Of a stretch of 64,000 nucleotides of DNA, positions 1 to 12,078 are shown piece by piece; position 1 is the first letter of the stretch; each line of letters starts with the position of its first letter. A program made the translations under genes and the position numbers. The notes under the pieces are model-generated. The model was not told where the DNA came from. It ran no database searches and was given only the letters and a program-made list of their open reading frames with translations. Location of the stretch: assembly GCA_964016885.1 (NCBI GenBank), contig OZ024743.1, positions 217,496,001 to 217,560,000 of the forward strand, given 5' to 3'. The DNA is from Eledone cirrhosa. Lineage: Eukaryota.

Positions 1-952
1 CTGATCGGAAATTGAAGTCTTTGAAATTCAAATGGCAAATCAGTTGATTTCAGAGGTATTCTGGGAATGAAACAATTGTCACCAGCAAATTTTCCTGACA
101 TGATTGCAGCTTCTAGAACATTGGACATCATATTTTTGATGATTTTCTTGTGCCATTACAAAGTTTTGGAGGATCCAGATTGCGAAGTAGCATAACCGAT
201 GCTCCAAGCTTCAGTATCAGGTTGTGTGGAAGAATTCCCGCTCGTTCAAGACTGTTCAAAAATTCAGTTGGATAGTTTACAACCTGGTCTTGAGAAGTGA
301 TTGTGTCAACTGATTTGTAGCATATTTTCTCTCCCGGTAACATCACCAGCAGCCTTCTGTTGATTTCTTTCACAGCAACATTTTTAGGTGCTAAGATTGC
401 TCGTTCACAGAGCCATTTCGGATCACATTGCCTGGTCTGAATGTTTGGAAAGACTCTGGCAATCAGTACTTGTTCTGCGTCAATGATATGGCCAAATGAC
501 AACTGAATATGGTCATTGGAGTTCTTTCCAAGAAGTCCATTTCCCAATTTATGTAGTTGGATGGCAAACTCACTGACACCTTCGTCACCAGGCAAGTGCA
601 CGCGCATGTTGGTTGTAAGGCTCAGCAGCCGAAAGCGGGGCCAGAGATAGGATGTTTTCAGACAGGTATTGACCTGATCAGCTCGAGTCGCTCGAAGAAT
701 TACAGGCAGAGTTTGTCTGAAATCACAAGCAAGAACCATTGTCACTCCTCCCATTATGCAACTATTTTCTCTCAGATCCCTTATCGTCCGGTCCAAAGCT
801 TCAATTGTTCCTTTATTGCTCATAGTAGCTTCATCCCAAATTATCATCTTGCATGTTTTCAGAAGCTTGCCCTTGGGTGAGTTCTTCTTGACGTTGCAAA
901 AAGATTCTTCATGCCGTGTGAGATCTATGGGCAGCTTTAACATGGAGTGTGC
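1..952 (-). pseudogene. Helitron RepHel PIF1-like helicase, central part (frameshifted, inverted)
   Basis: ORF 128-1027 contains AHSMLKLP, IIWDEATM, DFRQTLPV, LTTNMRV, RAILAPKN and VMLLRNLDPPKLCNGTR. After a frameshift near 150 it continues as VLEAAIMSGKFAGDNCFIPRIPLKSTDLPFEFQRLQFPI to the window edge. Confidence 0.9.
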
Positions 953-1110
953 AATCATTGAAAGTCGTTGGGTTGAATCTGGCAGATCCTGTCTTTTCAC
1001 ATGGTCAACTCTATGTTGGCACAACAAGGGCTGGGAACTCTGATTGTCTCTTCATTGTGGCACCACAGGGCAAAACTAAGAATGTTGTTTATCCAGAGGC
1101 TTTGGAATGA
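952..1110 (+). pseudogene. Helitron PIF1-like helicase C-terminus (terminal helicase motifs to stop codon)
   Basis: Manual translation from 952 gives QSLKVVGLNLADPVFSHGQLYVGTTRAGNSDCLFIVAPQGKTKNVVYPEALE*, matching the PIF1/Helitron GQSL..FSHGQLYVA.SR..TxNVVY.E terminus. Not in the ORF track. Confidence 0.9.
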
Positions 1111-2008
1111 GCAATGTCGTAATTCCTCATTCAGTGACAATACAGATCCTAATTCCTTAGTCATGTAGTTTGCAAGGAATTCTGAAGCCGCAAATGTACT
1201 GCATGGTGTTACTTTGGAAGAATATGCAGGCATTCCCGGGTACCTCGGCTATATAAAGTAGTATAAGTGAGGACTTTGTTGGGTAGAAATAGCAGCCAAA
1301 TTTCCTTCAAATCCCACCTTACTTTCTCAGGTATGTATATAGCAAAAAGGAATGGTTCTATGTGATAACTCGATCTACTAGAAATATTAGCAAAATCCAT
1401 TTCAAATCACAAACAACTGTCTTACACACATACATGTGTGTGTATGTATCTATGTATGTCATGTGAGCCACTATAAATCTCCCTCAAACAAGATCGTACT
1501 GCCATAGAGGCAAAGATTGGTGAAAGCTACAGTGTACAAATTTAGATACACTTTCTCTGGATTACAGAATTGAGTAAGTAAATGGTTCATTCAATCATAA
1601 ACCAATGCTAAATTTAGTTTCTTATTTTATTTATGCTTTTTAAAATAGTCTTTACATGTTGTTTGAATTTCAGAGGTTCAGATTGAGCACAAAAAAAAGA
1701 AAAAAAGAAAGAAAAGGATAAATAAAAAAAAAATCTAAATGTATTATTTTGGTCATGCCCTTTTCACTGACAACATACCTAATGGTTCATCTATGAGTAA
1801 AGCATTATATATGCTGACTGTAATAGGGAGCAGTATTAAAAAAATCACCACTGGAAAAAAAAAATATTTTCATCTAGATGATTTACTTTGACCAAACGGC
1901 AATAAATATTCTGCTACAATTCCTACTTTGGTTAAAATTCAGCAATCATATTTGAATGGTCAAATAATTTGTAATGTGAGCCAAATATATTGTAACTTTC
2001 ATAAAACA

Positions 2009-2037
2009 ACCCGGGGATCACCGGGTAGCTCAGCTAG
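2009..2037 (+). other. Helitron 3' terminal hairpin and CTAG end
   Basis: ACCCGG-ggatca-CCGGGT stem-loop (2009-2026), then 7 nt, then CTAG (2034-2037) followed by T, downstream of the plus-strand helicase stop. Confidence 0.8.
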
Positions 2038-2087
2038 TCTATAACACACACACACACTGGCAATCACACTCGCATATATATATATAT

Positions 2088-2282
2088 GGAAAAGAAACTG
2101 AAAATGCAAATGGAATCTTTTAAGAATATCTATTTATTTACTTCACCGTTTTCACAGTTCTTATGCTTTTCAAAACACAAGCCCTCCATCACTGATTTAA
2201 CTTTTGAACAGCATAAGATCTGTGAAACCGGTAAAGTAAGTAAATAAATATTCTTAAAAGTCTCCATTTCAATTTCTTTTCC
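2088..2282. repeat. Imperfect fold-back element, probably an inverted PLE terminal repeat, with a degenerate hammerhead
   Basis: Arms about 2088-2175 and 2202-2282 are reverse complements. The plus arm reads actt-TTGAACA-gca..tgt-GAAA-ccgg-TA-aagt (2200-2237). A related copy lies at about 56050-56170. Confidence 0.65.
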
Positions 2283-2361
2283 TTTTACTTTCACCCGTTT
2301 AGGACCTCCCGATTTTTTTTTTTTTTTTTTTAGAAAAATAACTCATTTTCTTATATATAAG

Positions 2362-2408
<47 letters not shown>

Positions 2409-2527
2409 CTGTGCGTGTATTAGTGACTGTAACATTGAATTTTATGTTTGTATATATATATATACATATATATATATAATGAAAGACTGAAGAATAACAT
2501 GGTCAACAGTAAATATATATATATATA

Positions 2528-2589
2528 CGAGGTGTGTCAGAAAGGTTCCAGGACTGATGTCACAAAAGATTTATTTCTGACACACCTCG
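2528..2589. mobile_element. 62-bp mariner-type MITE
   Basis: Perfect 16-bp TIRs CGAGGTGTGTCAGAAA / TTTCTGACACACCTCG with TA on both sides. Confidence 0.85.
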
Positions 2590-2616
2590 TATATATAGTA
2601 ATAATATATGTGAAGA

Positions 2617-2664
<48 letters not shown>

Positions 2665-2828
2665 CGAATCATACTGTCATCCCAATGAGTACTATTCATT
2701 TTAAAATCCACATACTCTATTATAATCGAGAGATTAATTCTTCTAATCATTTCTTATTTAAACTTTAAGTTTGGTGAAACATATACATGCATTCTCCCCA
2801 CATCTCTTTTCTCTCTTTCTCTCCCTCT

Positions 2829-2860
<32 letters not shown>

Positions 2861-2914
2861 CTGGTTTGTTTCAATACATGAACATATACAAACACACATA
2901 TACGCACTCTTTCC

Positions 2915-4782
2915 GGCATGCCTTCCGCTGCACCTCCTCCAACCTAGTCTACGGACGTCGCCTGGCGGACCGATTCACTGAGCACCTCCGGGATATTAGT
3001 CTCGGAGGTAGTTCCCCCATCGCCCGCCACTTTGGTGCCTCTGGACATTCCGCACGCCATCTCACAGTCTGTGGCCTACTCCAATACCACGGAACACCCG
3101 CCAATCTCCTCAGAGTTGAACAAAGAACCATCTTCATCTTACAGACCCACACTCCCCCCGGCCTGAACTCCCCACCCTTATTCCTTTAGCCTTCGACCCC
3201 CCCTCCCCCCACACACATCCCCCACTAACACCACTAACACACCCCTCCTTTTCACCGGCCACCCCACAACTAACAATACTAACACCTCCACTCCACCCCT
3301 CATCCGACCACCCTTCTCCAACTAACATACTAACATCCCTCCCTTCTTCTCCTCCCCCCTCCTTATCACACGCACACACCCACCGGCACATATATACACG
3401 CGCTCACACTAAACACACACCCTACTACCACCACTAATCCTCACCCCCACACCTCCATCCCACCACCCCGCAACTAACATCATTAACACCCCCTGACCCC
3501 AAGCACACGAACACACGCACCCACTTACACCACCCATCCCACACGCAACTAACATCACTAACCCCCCCAACCCACGCACACGTACCCACACACCCTCTTA
3601 CACCACCAACTCTACACACCCTACCACCACTAACCCCCACTCACACCTGCATTCAACCCTTTCTCCTCCTCCCGTATACTAACACCCACTGACACTCCCT
3701 TCATCAAACTACACACACACCAGTACACCACACTCCCTCCATCTACCCCCACACCCTTCTCTCCCCGCTCCACCCACAACCTTTCTCCACACTCACTCAT
3801 CCCACTAACACCTCTACTAATACACACACACACCCTCCTCACTCCAACTTTCACAGCTACCCATCCTCGCCCCTTTACCATTCCACCGACTGCTGCTATG
3901 CCCTCTGACCACCTCCCTGCACACACAGACACACAGCACTCCTACCGCCTTGACCACTTCCTGTTGCGCGCGCACCCCACATCTCTCCCCTTCCGACCAT
4001 CGCTTCATGGAATTCTCGTATGTGGAGCTTGACCGTGGAATCTACTACCATCATAGGAGATTACCAACAGTTCCACCACATCCTCTTACGGAATCACCTA
4101 TATAACTCACCCACACACACAAAAAAATGTTTTTGTCCCACACGCCACCTACACCCACAACACGCTTAAACCCCACACACACGTGCTTTCCACCACATAT
4201 TTACACCTTCAGCCTCCGGATTCCTCTCCCCCCCCCTCTATCCACACACGCACACATACTCCGCCTTACACCCCACCCCACACACATCTCTTTCTGAACA
4301 TGCAACCCCGTTCTTCCCCCAACCCTTGCTTTCGCATACACACACACACACACGTACACCTACACACACACACACAACCTTCAGCCCTACCCGCTCGGAC
4401 ACCCCGTCTCCCTCTCCCCACTCCACCCGCCACCATCCCTACACACCCCACACCCTTCCACCACCTGTTTTACCCCTTTTTAATTTCAGTTTATTTTTAT
4501 CATGCTTTTATTTTTATTTCATTTCATTTTATTTTGATTATGCTTTATTTTTATTTTTATTTTTAATTTCATTCGCACCGTTTCCTCCCACCCCCTTTTC
4601 GCTATATGTCTCTCCACCACTCCCCTACACACCCTTTGAACTCTCTTCCCACGCACTTTTCACCTGAGGAAGGGCTTATGCCCGAAACGTCGTTCCCCAC
4701 CACCACCCCACTCTCCAGAGCGTTAAATTAATAAACATTCGTTGTACTGCCTCTCTGTTTTGTTCCTGTTCAAATTTTCCAT
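2915..4782 (+). mobile_element. Penelope-like element 3' remnant (GIY-YIG endonuclease fragment, long C/A-rich tail, HHR-bearing terminus)
   Basis: ORF 2866-3189 has FRCTSSNLVY/GRRLADRFTEHLRDI..PIARHF..GH..EQRTIFILQTHTPPGLN, a GIY-YIG C-terminal part with the YIGET segment missing. The tail ends in an HHR motif, AATAAA and (TA)n. Confidence 0.85.
4661..4694 (+). ncRNA. Minimal hammerhead ribozyme motif in PLE tail
   Basis: cac-CTGAGGA-a-GGGC-ttat-GCCC-GAAA-cg-TC-gtt; core and helix II are intact, helix I is weak. Confidence 0.7.
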
Positions 4783-4943
4783 TATATATATATATATATA
4801 TACATGGCACCTGCATGCGTGTCTGCGCGCGTATATGTCTTTGCACTGATGTGTGTGTTTTTTAATATATATATATATGTATATATATATATATGCCAAA
4901 ACACACACATGAGTGCACAAACAGACACACACACACACACACG

Positions 4944-5039
<96 letters not shown>

Positions 5040-8000
5040 TACAGATATTAACAACTGCATTGTTATTATATTCCATTTCCACACAAAACATCTCATAGGT
5101 TGTTGAACTTCAGAAGATAACCGCATGATGTATTTGGGTTGGCAACCTCCCAGCTATTTAACCATTCTTTAATTGGTGCAGCTGGCATTTCTCGTTACCA
5201 TTTCAACAATGTGCTTTGGGATTTCCTAAATCTTACTGTTGAAATTTCATTCCTGAATGGTAACGAATCTAGATATTGAACAAACGAGAATCCTCTGTGA
5301 AACAAATGACATCTCTTGAGGGGGAAAATTAGGTGAACTATGGTGATGGTGTTGTTCATGATGATAATGTTAATAATGATGTTGATGATGATGCTGATGA
5401 TGATAATGATGATGATGATGGTGATTGTGGTAGTGGCGGCGAAGTTACAAGGACGAAACATTCAGTAAGAATGTGTATAGAGTATACAAATCTCAGTAGC
5501 TGCTGCTTGTTTCTGTTTTGAATCTGTGCTTGAGGATGTTGACCAGTTCTCAGCCAGATCTATTTCTTTGTATTTGTCAAAGAGAGATAAAGAAGACGGT
5601 TATGGCCTTTATAGTGCTTTCAAGGCTGGTACCGTTGATGCATTGGATATATATTTCATATATGTGTATGTTGACATGTGCAGTAATGTTTTAGGTAAGG
5701 AGAGATTATGACCGATGGTTGAAGTTTTTGAATTGATTTTTTGAGTTTATTGTTTTTATAGAGTTCTGTAGTTAAGGCATGTTAATATTTAAAAGCAAAA
5801 CGGATATTGCTGTTTTAAATATTTCCCTAGAAATATATGGGCATACAGTTAGATTATGCGGAGGAGCTCAGATTGATACGTTATTCTTAGACGAGGAAGA
5901 AGACTATAAACAGCCTGTGAGATACTACATGCAGTCTGGTATATGATTTAAAGTATGTGTTGATAATATACAAAGTCTAGAGAAATTGAATTAATTTTCT
6001 TTTTCATGAATATAGTTGTGGTTGAACACATGGAGATAAAATTAGAACGTGGATCTCATATCCGTAGAGATTAACTTTAGTTTGTTCCGTATTATTGAGT
6101 AAGTGATATCATGTTTACCCTTGAAGTTTCATTGGTGTTTTCGTTTTTCTTCACATTCGCTGATATATGCATTTTATTTAGCAAAACATTGAAATGAATC
6201 GGTTTATTCTGAACGTTATATCTTCTCTGTTAGAGACTTAATCGCAACTGTCCATTTTGCTTGTGTATGAATCGATTATATATGAAGCAGTTATTGAAAG
6301 TAATATATTTCATTCCGGTATATATTTGTTTCGATTTATATGGTTACAGTATGAATCCAATTTCTCAACAATGATAGAAAGTTTCCACTTGTGTTTACTG
6401 AAATGAAAGTCTAAGTAGATGTAGTGTGCACACAACTGAGAAGTACACAAGCAGTTTTCCCCGTGGACCCCTAGAGAGATCATTATATTGATTAAGTCAT
6501 TATAATAAAAATAAGTTATCACGGGTTTTCAGTAACTACTTTTTGTTTTTAAAAGTACATAAAGTCTAAACGCGAAGGACAATTACAGAAACGTTAATTA
6601 GATGAGTCACACGGTCTCACTTTTAAACAAGTCTATATGATTTCTGATTTGATGGCAAGCAGCGGAATTCGTTGTATGTCAAAGTTTATTTTATATTTTT
6701 GCTTGAAAAATCCTGTTTCCAATGATTACGTCGTAGTAAAAGGTAGATGTACTTTAATAGAATTTCCTGATAGCTCCGTATATGTTTCCTTTATTGTAAA
6801 CTAAAATGTTAAATGTGTGAGTGTTTAAATGTGTTTGAAGTTATATTAATGTATTCGCGAGAGCACACTTGATCCCAATTCTTAACTGGTATTTTGTTCA
6901 GCAAGTTCATAAGGATAGACGTTGAAGTTGATATCGGAGGGATTCGAACCCACGGCATGGAAATCTAGAGAGAATAACGCTAGAAGGCAATCCGACTATC
7001 TAACATTTCTGTAAATTTGCCACTTTTTGAAGAGACTTTCAAAATAGCAAATTCTGCAAACTATGACGATTAGCTCATCTACATATGAAATGCATAATTT
7101 TTAAGAATATTTAATAACTCGGTCTGAATGTTGTCCAAATGAGGAACTAGCATTATGTATTTTACTTACGTCTCGTAAACAGATATTCACACATGTTTGG
7201 CCCAGTTAGATAACTTTATCTGTGAAGATTTTCAGGTACTTTATCATTTGTGAGAAAATTATAACATTTTTGCTTTTAACAAATTCAAAATTTCACAGAA
7301 CGCTTTCGTTTGAAAATACATTTCTCTTTACTTCTATAACCAGAATGATTGTTCTCGAAATGATGTCATATCACGCATGAAAGCATAGGAGCACCTTTTA
7401 ATAATTTTCATGGCATGATACGCAATATGGAGAGACATTAATGTTTGCAACTGAGCGATAGATATACAACGTGTTATTTCTATTTTCTTTCGACAAACTT
7501 CATCTCCTTCCCTGAGATTCGAATTAATGGCTTTGTTTCGTTCCCGAACACTCACTAGTTCTATCTAACTAAACAGTGAATATGGTCGGAAGCTAAAGCG
7601 ATTCTATTATACCTGTTTTGTAACTCAACGACACATCATTAAATATTTCAATATTGAAATTATAAAAAACTACAGAAAAAATATTACGATAAATAAACTG
7701 TATTATACTAAATTTAGTTACATTTTATGTTAATATTTATTCATATAAATTAAAATTAAAAAATAACCTCGAATAATCTTAACTATAATAGACTTCATCA
7801 ATAATACAAACGACTTCAATATTTAATCAGGAATTAAAATTAATATCTAAAATATTGATTATTTAAAAGTTGAAAATGTTTGAAGAAAAATATATACATT
7901 TGAATACAACTTTAAATTAAAATAGTTTACATAATACTGCAATAGAAATGAATTCATTCAGAAAATAAAGATTTTCATTATTTCCTCATTATCGTGTTCA

Positions 8001-8156
8001 AAATACACTTTAGTCTCCAGCCAAATCCTGGAGAAAATACTCACAGGAAAAAATATTGAAAAACGCAAAGAAGAATCTTAATAAATGGCTGGTTTAATAT
8101 ATGGTCTCTTTTTCATTTCGTTTCATTTTTTTCATCATATCTAAAATATTGGTTTT

Positions 8157-8620
8157 TAATTTAGGCACAAGGCAATCAATTTTGGAGTAGGGGAAATTCG
8201 ACTAAATCGACCCCAGTACGTTATTCGTACTTTATTTCATCGATCCCGTAAGGAAGAAAGGCAAAGCTAACCGTGGTAGGATTTGAACTCAGGTCGTAAA
8301 GGGGCGTACCTCAATACCATAAAGCATGTTGAAAGACGTTCCACTGAGACTGCTAATCCAACCGCTCTTGTTATATCTGAAATATTGATAATAAGCGATT
8401 GTTCGATTATTGTTATAGCCATTATTTATACAACCGGAAACCTGAGACAAATGATTAGCATAATTTGTTCTGGTTCTTTAGATCTAAGTTCAAATTCCAC
8501 TGAAGTCAATTTGGGTTTTCATCCTTCCGGAATCAATAAAGTAAAGTGCCAATCACGCCCTGCGCTTGATATAATCGATGTTCCCCTCCCCATTAATTGT
8601 TGGCCTGTAAGTCAATTAGA
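8157..8620. mobile_element. Two diverged tRNA-type SINE copies in opposite orientation
   Basis: 8157-8350 (minus) and about 8430-8620 (plus) resemble the SINE copies at 61977-62362 (gttcaaat B-box, tttcatcc...tcgataaaataaagtacc, ggccttgtgcc). Confidence 0.65.
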
Positions 8621-8670
8621 TATCATCATACATCCAGAAACACCGCGCTCGGAGCTGTTTCTCTCCTTCT

Positions 8671-9070
8671 ATATAAATGACACATTTTTTACATAAATTT
8701 CACCCTAAATCCTACGCAGGTGTGACAGCGTAGTAGTGATATAGTTTATGTAAACGCGAATTAGAATAATTAAAAAGGCGGCGTTTTTTTTTTGTTTTTG
8801 TTTTTTGATGGACAGAAAAAGAATCATGGAGGTTACTAAATTTCATAGATCTTACATCGTGAATTTGTATCTTTTTTTTTTTTTTTTTTCAAAAGGCAAC
8901 TGGCTTTAAACGAAATCATTTTTAAAGTTCGTACACCAAGAGTGTTTCAAAATTAGGACAATGTAGCGTGTAAATTTTTGAATTGTCAGAAGTCTCTTTA
9001 TCAATTACTACGCTGTCATTGCTGCATGGAATTTAGTGTGAAATTTATGTACAAAATGTATCATTTATAT
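8671..9070. mobile_element. MITE-like element with about 75-bp imperfect inverted repeats
   Basis: atataaatgacacatttttt..cataaatttcacc..tgacagcgtagta (8671-8745) is mirrored by tactacgctgtca..gtgaaatttatg..tcatttatat (8998-9070). Confidence 0.6.
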
Positions 9071-10220
9071 GAAACTGGATTCAGGTGGAAGAAACAACAG
9101 AACTATTATGTATGACGTATAAATAAATACTATTGAATGTGATTTGGTGCATTCTAGAAATATAACAGCTGCAAAGGTTAAGGTTATGTGTTAATGTTTC
9201 ACATTAAAGAGAATAAGACATAAGGAGAGGATGAAAAGTGAGAGAGTGGATAAAACAGTTGATGACTTTTCCTGACAATTTGATAGCAACAAGGATATCG
9301 TGGGGAAAGCAAACGACAATAAATGTTTATCAACAACACCAACAACAATGATGAAAACGATGATATGAACGACGACAACGACACGATTATAAATTGTTAA
9401 TTAGTGATGGATACTCAGATTTCTGGTGGTGATGGAATTAACGCGGTAATTGAAAACGTTGGATACCTAAATCAAATCCTGACGTCTATTCCATTAGCTA
9501 ACATGTCACACTGGTTTCTTAATTAGGAATGAAATCATAGGCAAGTAGGGTCATATATGTTCTAGTTAGGTCACGCTGTCAGCTTGGGAATGGCTTAATG
9601 AATGAGAAAACAGGAGACACAATGAATTCAAATATTGACTTCAAATGCACTCAATACTGGTATGCAGATTAATATGTGTGTGAGTACATATATATATATA
9701 TAATATTAAGGATACTAATTATGGTTATGTATATACTAAGACTTTTTATAGTTATATATATTTTAAACCCTAAAAAGTGAAGGTCAGTCTCTCTTTTGCT
9801 TCTCCTTTCTATTTCTATTTCTCTGCACACATACTTTTTTATTATATACAAAAAACACCTTACCACTACAACCTCCAAAATACTCTTACTTACCCACGTA
9901 AAGTGCTTGTATTACATGTAACACCCTGCCACACAATAATCATATGTAAATGAGACACACGTAACTAACGCATACAATAACTATTACATCTGACTAACAA
10001 ACTATCCTCTTGCATTATATATGTTAACTGCCGAATGTATTTTAATTTTGTTTGAATTTTGTTTTAATTTTGATATTGATTTTGACTTCGAATTTGAATT
10101 GATATACGGAAATAATATAATATAATATATGTCACTCCACTGTACATCAATATATACATATGTATATGTATGTCTCTTGCGTTGGAAAGGAGGTCAATCA
10201 TGTGTACAAATATTGAAAAA

Positions 10221-10266
10221 TGCTCCGAAGACCCAGGCCTAGGTTTGGATGAAACAATTGTAAGTA
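10221..10266 (+). ncRNA. Minimal hammerhead-like motif (U4C core variant) in a PLE-type tail
   Basis: tgct-CCGAAGA-c-ccaggcc/ta/ggtttgg-at-GAAA-caattg-TA-agta, followed by AATAAA and a (TA)n tract; helix III is palindromic. Confidence 0.6.
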
Positions 10267-10300
10267 AATAAATGCTTTGAACATAGCTTTGATTCTTGTG

Positions 10301-10343
<43 letters not shown>

Positions 10344-10632
10344 CAAATAACGAAACGAAATTAAATTTCGTTTCGTTTGTAACTCACTTTTGTATGACTG
10401 ACGCTTAAACAATTAAGTTAAAGATGTACATCCATATATGTATACTGAAATACTAGTATGTATATGAATACACACACGTATACATATGTAGATGTACCAA
10501 GTTTTTTCACTGGTCACTTTACTGTGAGTGGCCAGCTATTCTGTATGTAAACACACAGACAAACCGGTTTTTAGAGTCATACTGGTTTTTGAGGAAACAC
10601 CTTTCCTCTATTCTCCAGAAAGCCAGACAAGG

Positions 10633-10677
10633 AATATTGAACTAGTTTCGTTGTTGTTACAACTCATCAGCAATATT
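10633..10677 (-). ncRNA. Type I hammerhead ribozyme (array copy 1)
   Basis: Minus strand: AATATTG-CTGATGA-GTTGT-aaca-ACAAC-GAAA-ctag-TT-CAATATT; 7-bp helix I, 5-bp helix II, palindromic helix III. Confidence 0.9.
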
Positions 10678-11099
10678 TACCTATCTTCCGGCCTCTCTAG
10701 AGAATCGTAAAAGCACATATCGTTATATGCTTTTTCTATGAAAATTAGTAGTGGGCAGACTAATTTGCATAGAGTGTGAGTAAGTACCGGTTCAACGGAG
10801 ACGATAAAAACAAATAACGAAACGAAATTAAATTTCGTTTCGTTTGTAACTCACTTTTGTATGACTGACGCTTAAACAATTAAGTTAAAGATGTACATCC
10901 ATATATGTATACTGAAATACTAGTATGTATATGAATACACACACGTATACATATGTAGATGTACCAAGTTTTTTCACTGGTCACTTTACTGTGAGTGGCC
11001 AGCTATTCTGTATGTAAACACACAGACAAACCGGTTTTTAGAGTCATACTGGTTTTTGAGGAAACACCTTTCCTCTATTCTCCAGAAAGCCAGACAAGG

Positions 11100-11144
11100 A
11101 ATATTGAACTAGTTTCGTTGTTGTTACAACTCATCAGCAATATT
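11100..11144 (-). ncRNA. Type I hammerhead ribozyme (array copy 2)
   Basis: Same sequence as copy 1, shifted by 467 bp. Confidence 0.9.
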
Positions 11145-11566
11145 TACCTATCTTCCGGCCTCTCTAGAGAATCGTAAAAGCACATATCGTTATATGCTTT
11201 TTCTATGAAAATTAGTAGTGGGCAGACTAATTTGCATAGAGTGTGAGTAAGTACCGGTTCAACGGAGACGATAAAAACAAATAACGAAACGAAATTAAAT
11301 TTCGTTTCGTTTGTAACTCACTTTTGTATGACTGACGCTTAAACAATTAAGTTAAAGATGTACATCCATATATGTATACTGAAATACTAGTATGTATATG
11401 AATACACACACGTATACATATGTAGATGTACCAAGTTTTTTCACTGGTCACTTTACTGTGAGTGGCCAGCTATTCTGTATGTAAACACACAGACAAACCG
11501 GTTTTTAGAGTCATACTGGTTTTTGAGGAAACACCTTTCCTCTATTCTCCAGAAAGCCAGACAAGG

Positions 11567-11611
11567 AATATTGAACTAGTTTCGTTGTTGTTACAACTCA
11601 TCAGCAATATT
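11567..11611 (-). ncRNA. Type I hammerhead ribozyme (array copy 3)
   Basis: Same sequence as copy 1. Confidence 0.9.
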
Positions 11612-12033
11612 TACCTATCTTCCGGCCTCTCTAGAGAATCGTAAAAGCACATATCGTTATATGCTTTTTCTATGAAAATTAGTAGTGGGCAGACTAATTT
11701 GCATAGAGTGTGAGTAAGTACCGGTTCAACGGAGACGATAAAAACAAATAACGAAACGAAATTAAATTTCGTTTCGTTTGTAACTCACTTTTGTATGACT
11801 GACGCTTAAACAATTAAGTTAAAGATGTACATCCATATATGTATACTGAAATACTAGTATGTATATGAATACACACACGTATACATATGTAGATGTACCA
11901 AGTTTTTTCACTGGTCACTTTACTGTGAGTGGCCAGCTATTCTGTATGTAAACACACAGACAAACCGGTTTTTAGAGTCATACTGGTTTTTGAGGAAACA
12001 CCTTTCCTCTATTCTCCAGAAAGCCAGACAAGG

Positions 12034-12078
12034 AATATTGAACTAGTTTCGTTGTTGTTACAACTCATCAGCAATATT
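12034..12078 (-). ncRNA. Type I hammerhead ribozyme (array copy 4)
   Basis: Same sequence as copy 1. Confidence 0.9.

Larger units (their letters stand above)
1..2037. mobile_element. Helitron remnant (3' part) with an internal inversion; runs off the left edge of the window
   Basis: PIF1-type helicase coding sequence on both strands (1-952 minus, 952-1110 plus) and a canonical Helitron 3' end (hairpin, then CTAG followed by T) at 2009-2037. Confidence 0.85.

Noticed and set aside
128-1027. Intact 299-aa helicase gene
   Set aside because: The N-terminus is antisense read-through across an inversion junction and the C-terminus is frameshifted; it is a Helitron fragment.
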